35,923 nucleotides of DNA from an uncultured Roseivirgaceae bacterium (GCA_964423255.1 CAYREN010000005.1:1-35923); one strand, 5' to 3'. Shown: positions 1 to 9,453, counted from the stretch's first letter. The notes: generated by a model not told the origin, from the sequence alone. Program-made: numbers and translations.

Positions 1-910
1 GTCGAGGTACTTCTGGATTGTAGGTCATATTGCCAAGGATAAATGCCAGGGTGCTGTCCTTTTCATCATGAACCAATAAGTCATCGATGCTGTGTTTGCC
101 ATCAGTCAGTGACACCACTGTTGGTTTGAATCCGTCGAGTTTTATCCCCTTGTCTTTTTCTTTGCCAAAAATCATAGGTTTGCCATGCTCCAGCATTACT
201 GTTTTATCTTCCCTTACATCTTTTTTGGCAAAAGAGTCAAATGCACCATCATTGAAGATATTGCAATTGGTATAGACTTCTACAAAGGCAAAGCCATTAT
301 GCAAAGCAGCTCTTTGAAAGAGATGTTGCAGGTGCTGGCGGTCTTTGTCAAAACCGCGAGCCACAAATGTTGCACCACTACCCAGCGCCAAAGCAGCAGG
401 GTTAAAAGGTTCATCGAGCGATCCCAGAGGCGATGATTTGGTAACCTGGCCTTTATGTGATGTGGGTGAGTACTGGCCTTTGGTGAGACTATACACTTCA
501 TTGTTAAACATGATCACGTTGATGTTCACATTTCTACGACAACCGTGAATAAAGTGATTGCCTCCAATACTCATATTATCTCCATCTCCGGTAGCCACCC
601 AAACTGACAGATCGGGACGAGATACTTTAAGACCAGAAGCAATGGCAATGGCGCGACCGTGAATGCCATGAAATCCATATACATCCATATAATATGGAAA
701 TCGGCCAGAGCATCCAATACCGGAAATAAAGGCGATTTTTTCTTTGGGAATACCCAGGTCGGGCATCATCCGCTGTACCGGCGAAAGGATAGAAAATCCA
801 CCGCATCCTGCACACCACCGTACATCAACATCCGGTTTGAAATCTTTCGGCTGATAAATTGTCGTACCGATATGTGGTTTTGATATTACTTCGTCTAATA
901 ATGTTCTCAT
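1..910 (-). CDS. korB: 2-oxoglutarate/2-oxoacid:ferredoxin oxidoreductase beta subunit (TPP-binding); C-terminal end cut by window edge
   Basis: Absent from the ORF track because it runs off the window. Manual minus-strand translation from the ATG at 910-908 gives MRTLLDEVISKPHIGTTIYQPKDFKPDVDVRWCAGCGGFSILSPVQ...FHGIHGRAIAIASG...VWVATGDGDNMSIGGNHFIHGCRRNVNINVIMFNNEVYSLTKGQ. This carries the CxGCG N-terminus and GDGD..N TPP-binding signature of OFOR beta subunits. The start overlaps the korA stop (ATGA at 907-910). Confidence 0.85.
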   Translation of the reverse strand, partial: MRTLLDEVISKPHIGTTIYQPKDFKPDVDVRWCAGCGGFSILSPVQRMMPDLGIPKEKIAFISGIGCSGRFPYYMDVYGFHGIHGRAIAIASGLKVSRPDLSVWVATGDGDNMSIGGNHFIHGCRRNVNINVIMFNNEVYSLTKGQYSPTSHKGQVTKSSPLGSLDEPFNPAALALGSGATFVARGFDKDRQHLQHLFQRAALHNGFAFVEVYTNCNIFNDGAFDSFAKKDVREDKTVMLEHGKPMIFGKEKDKGIKLDGFKPTVVSLTDGKHSIDDLLVHDEKDSTLAFILGNMTYNPEVPR

Positions 911-2754
911 TTTGATGCCTCCTTTTCCGATAATAATTCGTCAATTTTAGATTTTATTTCAGAAGATTTAAATGGTTGTCCCTGTACCTTGTTCAGGCCT
1001 ATCATTGGCTTGAGCAAGGTAGAGAGAAGAATAGTTTTCAATTGTCCCATGTTCATCTCCGGTACCAATATGGTGCTGTAATTATTTATGATTTCTCCAA
1101 GGTTAGCAGGGAATGGGTTCAGATGTTTAATGTGGATATATGCGACCTTAGCACCTTCCTTCATCGATTGATCAATGGCAGACTTAATCGCACCATAAGA
1201 ACTTCCCCAGCCGATGAGTAAAAGATCTGCGTCGGGGTCACCCATCACTTCCAGTTTTGGAATATCTGAGGCAATTCTACTAATTTTTTCCTGACGCAAC
1301 TCCACCATCTTTTGATGATTGTCAGGATCTTGACTTACAATTCCTGATACGTCTTGTTTTTCCAGGCCACCAATACGATGCTCCATGCCTTGCATTCCCG
1401 GTACTGCCCACATTCTGGCAAGGGTATCAGGATCACGGGTATAAGGAGCGAAATTTTCCGGATCTTCGCAAAACTTTGGCGTAATGTCAGGAAGCTCATC
1501 CATTTCAGGAATTCTCCATGGCTCAGTTCCCTGGGCAATATACCCATCTGTCAGCAGGATTACAGGTGTCATATATTTAAGGGCCAGCCTTGATGCTTCA
1601 ATGGTCATATCGAAACAATCTGCTGCAGTTGCTGCAGCGATTACCGGTAGCGGTGCTTCACCATGCCTGCCGTACATGGCTTGAAATAAGTCGGATTGCT
1701 CCGGCTTGGTAGGCAAGCCTGTACTTGGTCCTGCACGTTGAACATCAACAATTACCAAAGGCAACTCTGTCATCACAGCCAGGCCAATGGCTTCGATTTT
1801 CAACGACAGCCCCGGACCTGATGTTGTGGTGGCGGCAAGATTCCCTCCATAGGATGCACCAATTGCACTTGCAATCCCCGCAATTTCATCTTCTGCCTGA
1901 AGGTGTTTAATACCATACTTTTTATATCCAGATATATATTGTAGAATGTCTGTTGCCGGGGTAATTGGGTAAGTGCCCAAGAACAGCGGTATATTTGCTT
2001 TTTTGGAAGCTACCACCAAACCCAGAGCTACGGCATGGTTTCCGGAGATATTTCTATAAGTTCCTTTTTCGAATGAAGCAGGTCGAAAGTTGTATTGCTT
2101 CTTGAACAAATCATTTTTAAGGGCAAAATTCCATCCTGCTGTCAGCACTCGAATGTTGGCTTCGAGTACATCTGCTTTGTTTTTAAATTTGGTATTTAAC
2201 CATTTTACAGTTGGCTCCATGGGCCTGTTAAAAAGCCAGTAGGTCAAGCCCAACGCAAAAAAGTTTTTAGACTTTCTTATGATCTTTGGATGAATTCCAG
2301 ACCCTTTAAGTTCTTCCTTGATAATGGATTCTATGTCCAATGGAATTACAGAAAATTTCGTAAGTGCACCATTTTCCAAAGGGTTAGCATCATACTTTGC
2401 AAGTTTAAGATTTCGGCCGTTGAAACCCTGGGTATTGGCAATGAGTATTCCCCCTTCTTTGAGATTATCAACATTTACCTTCAAGGATGAAGCATTCATG
2501 ACTATTAGCACATCAATCGCATCTCCATGTGTGTTTACAGCATTGGAGCCTAATTTGATCTGAAATGCGCTTACACCATATAATGTGCCTTCAGGAGCTC
2601 TGATTTCTGAAGGAAAGTCAGGAAAGGTATTGACATCCATTCCGGAGCTTGCAGAAGTATCTGAAAATTGTTTTCCTGCCAGTTGCATTCCATCACCAGA
2701 ATCTCCTGCAAATCTTACAGTAATTTCATCCAGATAAATGATTTCCTTTTCCAT
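907..2754 (-). CDS. korA: 2-oxoglutarate/2-oxoacid:ferredoxin oxidoreductase alpha subunit (fused gamma+alpha type)
   Basis: 615-aa ORF with an ATG start at 2754. N-terminus is ITVRFAGDSGDGMQLAGKQF. It continues with GNHAVALG...YPITPATDIL and EDEIAGIASAIGASYGG, typical of KorA. It is translationally coupled to korB. Confidence 0.85.
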   Translation of the reverse strand: MEKEIIYLDEITVRFAGDSGDGMQLAGKQFSDTSASSGMDVNTFPDFPSEIRAPEGTLYGVSAFQIKLGSNAVNTHGDAIDVLIVMNASSLKVNVDNLKEGGILIANTQGFNGRNLKLAKYDANPLENGALTKFSVIPLDIESIIKEELKGSGIHPKIIRKSKNFFALGLTYWLFNRPMEPTVKWLNTKFKNKADVLEANIRVLTAGWNFALKNDLFKKQYNFRPASFEKGTYRNISGNHAVALGLVVASKKANIPLFLGTYPITPATDILQYISGYKKYGIKHLQAEDEIAGIASAIGASYGGNLAATTTSGPGLSLKIEAIGLAVMTELPLVIVDVQRAGPSTGLPTKPEQSDLFQAMYGRHGEAPLPVIAAATAADCFDMTIEASRLALKYMTPVILLTDGYIAQGTEPWRIPEMDELPDITPKFCEDPENFAPYTRDPDTLARMWAVPGMQGMEHRIGGLEKQDVSGIVSQDPDNHQKMVELRQEKISRIASDIPKLEVMGDPDADLLLIGWGSSYGAIKSAIDQSMKEGAKVAYIHIKHLNPFPANLGEIINNYSTILVPEMNMGQLKTILLSTLLKPMIGLNKVQGQPFKSSEIKSKIDELLSEKEASK

Positions 2755-2859
2755 AATATTTATATTAAAAAGATGAACATTTTGCCAGGAAGGGTTTTCA
2801 TTCTTCTATGGCATATTATTTAAAAATTTATTACGCTGCTATTAATTATTTTCTTCCAA

Positions 2860-3852
2860 TTACAATTGATACTTGGTCAAAGCTTTCATGTATTGAGCTC
2901 TTTCAAATGAAGCTGGATCAGCTGTTTTCTTTTGGCTCATGCTACCTTGCAATTCGCTTACAGAATTATATTCCTTTTCTCTCATCCACTGTTTCATGTG
3001 CTCCTCAATATTTTTCACATGGTCAATGCCATGTTTTAATAATGAAGAACAAAGCATGGTTACATTGGCACCTACTAACAACATTTTTATCACATCAGTG
3101 CCGGTATGTATGCCACTCGTTGCAGCCAAATCTGCTTTGATGTTATCTTTAAGAATGGCTATCCACCGCATAGGCAACCGCATGGCATTTGATTGGCTGA
3201 GCAAGAGATTTGGTGTGACCTCATATTCATCAAGATCAATATCCGGTTGATAAAACCTGTTGAACAATACCAACGCATCGGCCCCAGCCTCATCGAACCG
3301 TTTTGCCATATTGGAAAAATTCGAAAAGAAGGGGCTGAGCTTTAAAGCGACAGGAATTTTTACGGCTTCTTTTACAGCTTTCAAAATATCGATGTATTGT
3401 TGCTCAATTTCTGACCCTGCCATATCAAATTCGGTAGGGATATAATAAATATTCAACTCGATGGCATCTGCTCCTGCTGATTCCATTTCTTTGGCGTAAT
3501 CAGTCCATCCCCCAAGCGAGCTACCATTGAGACTGGCGATTATTGGAATATTCACTGCTGTCTTGGCTTTTTGAATATGCTCAAGGTACAGTTCCGGGCC
3601 GAGCTTGTAATCTTCTACTTCCGGAAAGTAGGATAATGATTCTGCAAAAGCCTCGGTGCCTTGTGTTGTGTGATAGTTGTATTCTTCCTGCTCCAGTCTT
3701 ATTTGCTCTTCAAAAAGAGAATGCAAAACTACCGCACCAATGCCGGCGTCTTCGAGTTTTTTAATTTTATCTATGTCCTCAGAAAGGGGAGAGGCCGACG
3801 CAACCAATGGAGTTTTTAGCGTCATGCCAAGATATTTCGTTGTTAAATCCAT
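2860..3852 (-). CDS. Dihydroorotate dehydrogenase-like FMN TIM-barrel protein (not a bona fide PyrD)
   Basis: 330-aa ORF. Overall class-1 DHOD-like pattern: LKTPLVASASPLS, ASLNG, ADAIELN, KIPVALKLSPF, GADALVLFNR, GIHTGTDVIKMLLVGANV. The catalytic ELN-(I/L)-SCPN loop reads ELNIYYIP (nt 3436-3459). Confidence 0.7.
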   Translation of the reverse strand: MDLTTKYLGMTLKTPLVASASPLSEDIDKIKKLEDAGIGAVVLHSLFEEQIRLEQEEYNYHTTQGTEAFAESLSYFPEVEDYKLGPELYLEHIQKAKTAVNIPIIASLNGSSLGGWTDYAKEMESAGADAIELNIYYIPTEFDMAGSEIEQQYIDILKAVKEAVKIPVALKLSPFFSNFSNMAKRFDEAGADALVLFNRFYQPDIDLDEYEVTPNLLLSQSNAMRLPMRWIAILKDNIKADLAATSGIHTGTDVIKMLLVGANVTMLCSSLLKHGIDHVKNIEEHMKQWMREKEYNSVSELQGSMSQKKTADPASFERAQYMKALTKYQL

Positions 3853-3947
3853 ATTATTAGTTTCTTAAGTTTTTTCTATTTTCTCTTATATAAAAATTGC
3901 CATCTATTGATTATCATCCTACCCTCCGGGAGGAATCAATTATTATC

Positions 3948-6900
3948 TCAGGTGTCGCCAATTTCTTCAATTTTTTCACCTTCCTTGGCAGCGAGGTATT
4001 GAAAATGTTTAAATCGCAATTCTGCATCTTTCTGGGCCTGGTCCATATATTTTCTTGCCAGAGCAGGCTTGCTTTTCATTAACATTTTAAACCTGTTTTC
4101 CATACCCATATATTCTTCAACCTTCATTCTTCTTGGTTTAGAATCCAGGGTCAGTGGATTTTGACCTTGCAATGCTCTATCCGGATTGTATCGATAAAGA
4201 ATCCATTGTCCGGAATCAACTGCTGCTTTCTGGTTTTTCAATGGGGCAGACATATCGATACCATGTGCAATACAATGCGAGTAGGCAATGATGATCGATG
4301 GCCCATCAAAAGCTTCTGCTTCCAAAAATGCCTTGAGGGTTTGCTCATCTTTTGATCCGAATGCAACTACCGCAACATATACCGATTCGTAGGCCATGGC
4401 TATCATACCGAGATCTTTCTTCTTTATGCTTTTTCCACTGGCAGAGAATTTTGCTATCGCCCCAATTGGCGTCGCTTTGGAGGTTTGCCCACCGGTGTTG
4501 GAATAAACTTCAGTATCCATCACGAGTACATTTACATTTTTCCCGGAGGCCAGCACGTGGTCCAGTCCACCATATCCAATGTCATATGCCCAGCCATCTC
4601 CACCTACAATCCAAACACTTTTCTTGGCCAGATAGTCAGCCGCATCCAGCAACCTTTTGGCTTCCGGATTATCGACTGATTTGAGTTTCGATTTCATCAC
4701 TTCGATGCGTTCTCTTTGCTCAAATATTCCTGCTTCGTCAGACTGATCGGCATTGAGCAACTCTTCTGAGAGTTTGTCCCCAATTTCGCCAGATAGCTCT
4801 TTGACTAATGTTTCTGCATTCTCAGTTTGCTTATCTATTGCCAATCTATATCCAAGACCAAATTCTGCATTATCCTCAAATAGTGAGTTTGACCATGCTG
4901 GTCCACGACCATCTTTATTGGTGGTATATGGCGTTGTTGGCAAATTTGCACCATAAATTGATGAGCAACCTGTTGCATTGGCAATCATCATTCTATCGCC
5001 AAATAATTGCGTAAGCATTTTCAGGTAAGGCGTTTCGCCACAACCCAGACAAGCACCGGAAAACTCAAATAGTGGTTCCTGAAGTTGTTGTGTTCTTATG
5101 GAGTTTAAAGGTATTTTGCTTCTATCCATCTCAGGGATGTTTAAGAAGAAGTCCCAATTCTCTGCTTCAGCGTTGCGCAATGGTAGCTGTGGCTCCATCA
5201 CAAGTGCTTTTTTACTTTTATCAGATTTTTGCTTGGCAGGGCAAACCTCCACGCAAACCCCACAACCTGTACAATCTTCCGGAGCGACCTGTATGGAGTA
5301 CTTCAATCCTTCTGCAGCATAATCCTTATTTCTGACATCAACAGATTTGAAAGTCTCCGGAGCACCTTCGAGCAATTCGGGTTCGTAAGCTTTAATCCTG
5401 ATGGTAGCATGAGGACAAACCATGGCACACTTACCGCACTGGGTACATGTATCTAAATCCCATGTGGGAATAGAGAGTGCAATATTTCTTTTCTCATATT
5501 TTGCAGTTCCTGTTGGGAAAGTACCATCAACTGGGAAAGCACTCACAGGAAGATCATCACCTCTTCCGGCAATAATTTCACCTAACACTTTTTCAACAAA
5601 ATCCGGTGAACCGGCCGGAACCGGAGCCTTAAGGGATGTGACACTACTGGCATCGGCAGGTACATCAATTTCATGCAAATTTTCCAGTGTGTTATCTACC
5701 GCCTTTAGATTCATCTCGACAATGACTTCACCCTTTCTTCCGTAAGTTTTTCTAATGGAATCTTTAATGGCATCAATTGCTTTATCTTTTGGCAATACAC
5801 CTGAAATGGCAAAGAAACAAACTTGCATCACTGTGTTGATGCGTCTGCCCATTCCACTTCTTTCAGCAACATCCTGGGCGTCAATGATGTAAAACTTCGC
5901 TTGTTTTTCAATAAGCTGAGTTTGGACTTCTATCGGGAATTGGCTCCATATCTCATCTTTACTGTATGGTGTATTGACTAGGAATGTTCCTCCTTTATTC
6001 AGATTCTTGAGCATATCTGTCGTATCAAGGAACATAGGTTGATGACACGCTACAAAATTTGCTTCTGTAATCAGGTAGGGAGATTGGATCGGGTCGGGCC
6101 CGAACCTTAAATGCGAAATGGTAATAGATCCTGATTTTTTTGAATCATATACAAAGTATCCTTGGGCATAATTTTCTGTATTTTCTCCAATAATTTTAAT
6201 GGAATTTTTATTTGCGCCGACTGTACCATCAGATCCCAATCCGTAAAACATAGCCCTTACTACCTTGTCTGACTCAATGCCGAAATTCGGATCAAAGTCT
6301 ATGCTCGTGTGGTTTACATCGTCATTAATACCAATTACGAAATGGTTTTTTGCTCCTTCACCAGAATTATGATAAACAGCTTTTACCATGGCTGGAGTAA
6401 ATTCCTTGGACGAAAGACCATACCTACCGCCTAATATCTGTGGTTTATCTTTAATAGCACCGTATCCAAGGTCAAGTCCCTCATAGAGCGTATTTACCAC
6501 ATCGAGATACATTGGTTCTCCGGTAGCACCGGGTTCTTTTGTCCTATCCAACACAAGTAAAGATTTTGTAGAAGCAGGAATGGCTTCCATAAAATGCTGA
6601 ATGGCAAAAGGTCTGTAAAGTCTCACCATCAACACACCAACTTTTTCACCGTTGGCGTTGAGATAATCTACAGTTTCTTTAACAGTCTGAGCAGCAGATG
6701 CCATGATTATTATAACTCTGTCAGCATCTGCAGCACCATAGTATTCATAAAGTTTGTATTGTCTTCCGGTAAGCTCGGCAAACTTGTCCATTTTTTCTTG
6801 TACAATACCAGGGCACTGATCATAGAAATGATTCATGGTTTCCCTGTTTTGAAAAAATACGTCTGGGTTTTGCGCAGTTCCTCTGATCACGGGATTGTCG

Positions 6901-7532
6901 GGTGTCAATGCGCGCCTTCTATGCGCTCTTACGAGATCGTCAGTCACCAAGGTTTTCATCACATCTTCTTCTATGACTTCTATTTTAGCAACTTCGTGAG
7001 ATGTTCTGAATCCATCAAAAAAGTGAATAAATGGGATACGTGATTCTAAAGTTGCGGCCTGGGCAATCAGACTAAAGTCCATAACTTCTTGAACGGAAGC
7101 TGAAGCAAGCATCGCAAACCCTGTTGTTCGTGCAGCCATTACATCTGAATGGTCACCAAATATGGATAGTGCATGGGTAGCAAGTGACCTGGCAGAAATG
7201 TTAAAAACAGTAGAAGTCAATTCTCCTGCTATTTTAAACATATTAGGAATTTTTAACAGGAGACCCTGAGAGGCTGTAAAAGTTGTAGTCAGAGCACCAG
7301 CTTGCAAAGATCCATGTACTGCTCCGGCCGCTCCGCCTTCACTTTGCATCTCTGTGACATTTGGAATGCTTCCCCATATATTTTTAATGCCTTTTGCGGC
7401 CCATTCATCAGCCCACTCTCCCATATTTGAGGAGGGAGTAATTGGATAGATGGCGCAAACCTCGTTCACCCGATAAGCTACATACGCAGCCGCCTCATTG
7501 CCATCAATGGTAAGATATTTTTTTTCCTTCAT
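3948..7532 (-). CDS. nifJ: Pyruvate:ferredoxin (flavodoxin) oxidoreductase, single-polypeptide type
   Basis: 1194-aa ORF. N-terminus is TIDGNEAAAYVAYRVNEVCAIYPITPSS. It has two ferredoxin-type clusters, CTQCGKCAMVCP and CTGCGVCVEVCP, and the TPP motif GGDGWAYDIGYGGLDHV...VMDTEVYSNTGGQ. Confidence 0.93.
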   Translation of the reverse strand: MKEKKYLTIDGNEAAAYVAYRVNEVCAIYPITPSSNMGEWADEWAAKGIKNIWGSIPNVTEMQSEGGAAGAVHGSLQAGALTTTFTASQGLLLKIPNMFKIAGELTSTVFNISARSLATHALSIFGDHSDVMAARTTGFAMLASASVQEVMDFSLIAQAATLESRIPFIHFFDGFRTSHEVAKIEVIEEDVMKTLVTDDLVRAHRRRALTPDNPVIRGTAQNPDVFFQNRETMNHFYDQCPGIVQEKMDKFAELTGRQYKLYEYYGAADADRVIIIMASAAQTVKETVDYLNANGEKVGVLMVRLYRPFAIQHFMEAIPASTKSLLVLDRTKEPGATGEPMYLDVVNTLYEGLDLGYGAIKDKPQILGGRYGLSSKEFTPAMVKAVYHNSGEGAKNHFVIGINDDVNHTSIDFDPNFGIESDKVVRAMFYGLGSDGTVGANKNSIKIIGENTENYAQGYFVYDSKKSGSITISHLRFGPDPIQSPYLITEANFVACHQPMFLDTTDMLKNLNKGGTFLVNTPYSKDEIWSQFPIEVQTQLIEKQAKFYIIDAQDVAERSGMGRRINTVMQVCFFAISGVLPKDKAIDAIKDSIRKTYGRKGEVIVEMNLKAVDNTLENLHEIDVPADASSVTSLKAPVPAGSPDFVEKVLGEIIAGRGDDLPVSAFPVDGTFPTGTAKYEKRNIALSIPTWDLDTCTQCGKCAMVCPHATIRIKAYEPELLEGAPETFKSVDVRNKDYAAEGLKYSIQVAPEDCTGCGVCVEVCPAKQKSDKSKKALVMEPQLPLRNAEAENWDFFLNIPEMDRSKIPLNSIRTQQLQEPLFEFSGACLGCGETPYLKMLTQLFGDRMMIANATGCSSIYGANLPTTPYTTNKDGRGPAWSNSLFEDNAEFGLGYRLAIDKQTENAETLVKELSGEIGDKLSEELLNADQSDEAGIFEQRERIEVMKSKLKSVDNPEAKRLLDAADYLAKKSVWIVGGDGWAYDIGYGGLDHVLASGKNVNVLVMDTEVYSNTGGQTSKATPIGAIAKFSASGKSIKKKDLGMIAMAYESVYVAVVAFGSKDEQTLKAFLEAEAFDGPSIIIAYSHCIAHGIDMSAPLKNQKAAVDSGQWILYRYNPDRALQGQNPLTLDSKPRRMKVEEYMGMENRFKMLMKSKPALARKYMDQAQKDAELRFKHFQYLAAKEGEKIEEIGDT

Positions 7533-7629
7533 GATATTGAAATGTTATATAACAGAGTCAAAATATTATAATTACGAATAATTGATTCATTAATAATTGG
7601 TAAAACTAATGATCCGGTTTTATAATAAA

Positions 7630-7645
7630 TGTGATTTAAATCATG
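7630..7645. promoter_or_regulatory. Candidate Crp/Fnr-family binding site upstream of nifJ
   Basis: TGTGATTTAAATCATG matches TGTGA-N6-TCACA at 8 of 10 positions. The inner TGATTTAAATCA is a perfect 12-bp palindrome. It lies ~100 nt upstream of the nifJ ATG (7532). Confidence 0.3.
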
Positions 7646-7697
7646 TTTGAAATGATATTCCTGATAGCAGCTTTATGGTAGGTAACTTGAGTCACAC

Positions 7698-7741
7698 GAC
7701 AAAACAAAAAAAGTCCATTACAGTAGCTGTATGGACTTTTT
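7698..7741 (-). terminator. Rho-independent terminator after ribE (hairpin flanked by A- and T-runs)
   Basis: Stem 7708-7718 (AAAAAGTCCAT) pairs with 7731-7741 (ATGGACTTTTT), with an extra inner ACAG/CTGT pairing. On the minus strand the hairpin is followed by TTTTTTTGTTTT. It lies 34 nt downstream of the ribE stop. Confidence 0.65.
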
Positions 7742-7774
7742 ATAATGATTCTAAATAAGAGAAAATTTGTCTGT

Positions 7775-8386
7775 TTATTTAAATGCGGCCTCTTTATACC
7801 CCAAATCAAATAGTCTTTTTATGTATTTGCCAATCACATCGAACTCAAGGTTTATTCTAGTGCCAATTTTATAAGTTTTGAAGTTGGTAACCTCCATGGT
7901 ATGGGGTATGATGGTTACGCGAAAACTATCTTTTTTGACATTAAAAACTGTAAGGCTAACGCCATCAATACAAACTGATCCTTTTTCTACCAAGTAGTTA
8001 CCAGTTTTATTATAGTCATATTTGAAATCAAGTAGCCAACTGCCATCAACTTCTTCTACTTCAGTACAAATTCCTATCTGATCGACATGCCCTTGTACTA
8101 TGTGACCGTCAAATCGATATCCAGAAGCCATTGCTCTCTCCAGATTCACGATGTCACCTTCTTTGAGATCTCCAAGATTGGATTTTATAAGGGTTTCCCG
8201 AACGGCAGTAACCTGATAGGTATTATCTTTGATATTAACAATAGTGAGGCAAACTCCATTGTGTGAAACACTTACATTCACTTCTAATTGAGAAGCAAAA
8301 CCTGCTTCGATTGTAAAGGTCTTATTTGTTCCTTCTGTAGTGATTTTAACAACGGTACCTGTCGCCTCAATTATTCCTGTAAACAT
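7775..8386 (-). CDS. ribE: Riboflavin synthase
   Basis: 203-aa ORF starting MFTGIIEATGTV. It shows the duplicated lumazine-binding repeat (SVSHNGVCLTIV... / GSVCIDGVSLTVF...) and HVDQIG. Confidence 0.9.
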   Translation of the reverse strand: MFTGIIEATGTVVKITTEGTNKTFTIEAGFASQLEVNVSVSHNGVCLTIVNIKDNTYQVTAVRETLIKSNLGDLKEGDIVNLERAMASGYRFDGHIVQGHVDQIGICTEVEEVDGSWLLDFKYDYNKTGNYLVEKGSVCIDGVSLTVFNVKKDSFRVTIIPHTMEVTNFKTYKIGTRINLEFDVIGKYIKRLFDLGYKEAAFK

Positions 8387-8391
8387 GACGG

Positions 8392-9453
8392 TTATAAATT
8401 AATAAATGAATACTTATGTCTGATCGGATATTTAAATACAAATTTTAGATTCGTATAGAGAATCTCACCCATGTTTTGGCATGCTAAAAACTCTTTGTCA
8501 TTGTAGAGTCTCGAAAGATCCTCTCTCAATAATTTCACGTGTTCTTTTGGGGCTATTTCATCTTTGATCATTGCTCTGACAAGATTTCTTATGGAAGGAC
8601 CGGATATTTTTGATTTGAGCCTGTTGGCAATAAGCGACCGCTCTTCTTTTTGATATTGCATTTCCAGTTCAGGAGCAAGGTTTTTCATTCCGAGTTTTAC
8701 TATTGGGTTGTTTTGCTTAAAATACTGAGGCATGTAAATTGCCGTTCTCGATTCGTAGGCTTGCTGATCAAAGTCGATGGCTCTGATTCGATAATGGATT
8801 TCGTCAAAATCAGGAATTACTTCTACTACAAAATTACTCGAATGCATATCACCCAATAAACTTACAAGGCATCTTTCATTGAATTTAATAAACTCCTTGG
8901 CCAGTCTCATGATATTGAGATGTGGATCTTTAAGTCTTTTATTTATAAATGCATCGCCGGGAATTCCCTGGATGTGTTCCTCGACTAAAGTAGAACCACT
9001 CACCAGGTAATTAATTTTATTGGGCGAAATAAGATGTTCTATTTCCAGTCCGTAAACTCTGGAAGCATCGGCTGTTTTTATATAAAAATAATCGAATAGG
9101 TCATTGATATTATTTACAATTCTAATCCTGAAGGGTTTTGTATTTCCATAGGTGCAAAGATCTATTCTGTCGATGAAAAGGTGTTCCATGACAGAGACAT
9201 CTCCAGAGGATTTCAGGAGTGCATAGATTTTTTTCAGCGATTCATGAACTTGTGTCATTTCAGAATGCGAATGCAATACGGTTTCCCAAAGAGTATCTTT
9301 ACCTTTATTATCAATCAGTGGAATTGCATTGTCAAACCTATGTAATTCCTTATAGGTTATAGGAAGCTTTACCTCGCGATCTTGATTTACCAAATACTGC
9401 CGCAATGGTTCCTTGATGGTATAGACTAATTTTTTCCTACTAATAAATGCCAT
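8392..9453 (-). CDS. Hypothetical protein with protein-kinase-like (APH/Kdo-kinase/RIO-type) fold signature
   Basis: 353-aa ORF with an ATG start, 5 nt upstream of ribE. Motifs in kinase order: FYIKTAD (beta3 Lys candidate), LVEEHIQGIPG (hinge), LGDMHSSNFVV (catalytic loop D-x-H-x-x-N, nt 8833-8853) and IRAIDFDQ (metal-binding DFD). Confidence 0.5.
   Translation of the reverse strand: MAFISRKKLVYTIKEPLRQYLVNQDREVKLPITYKELHRFDNAIPLIDNKGKDTLWETVLHSHSEMTQVHESLKKIYALLKSSGDVSVMEHLFIDRIDLCTYGNTKPFRIRIVNNINDLFDYFYIKTADASRVYGLEIEHLISPNKINYLVSGSTLVEEHIQGIPGDAFINKRLKDPHLNIMRLAKEFIKFNERCLVSLLGDMHSSNFVVEVIPDFDEIHYRIRAIDFDQQAYESRTAIYMPQYFKQNNPIVKLGMKNLAPELEMQYQKEERSLIANRLKSKISGPSIRNLVRAMIKDEIAPKEHVKLLREDLSRLYNDKEFLACQNMGEILYTNLKFVFKYPIRHKYSFINL

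Noticed and set aside
185-883. Several 60-85-aa plus/minus ORFs from the track (87-275, 185-436, 280-501, 345-548, 627-818, 659-883).
   Set aside because: All lie inside or antisense to the long korB reading frame that runs off the window edge. The korB translation has clear OFOR-beta motifs, and these ORFs have none.
3853-3947. Small GC hairpin (CCTC-CGG-GAGG around 3923-3933) after the nifJ stop, as an intra-operon terminator or attenuator.
   Set aside because: It has only a 4-bp stem and a 3-nt loop, with no U-tract on the minus strand. That is not enough to call a terminator.
4161-7043. Plus-strand ORFs of 60-149 aa inside nifJ (e.g. 4352-4684, 5422-5745, 6594-7043). Similar antisense ORFs lie inside other long genes (24884-25267, 27023-27418, 29430-29810, 34452-34808).
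   Set aside because: These are shadow ORFs antisense to strongly supported CDSs. Their composition is biased (Ser/Leu/Phe/Cys-rich) and they have no recognisable motifs or independent start or terminator signals.
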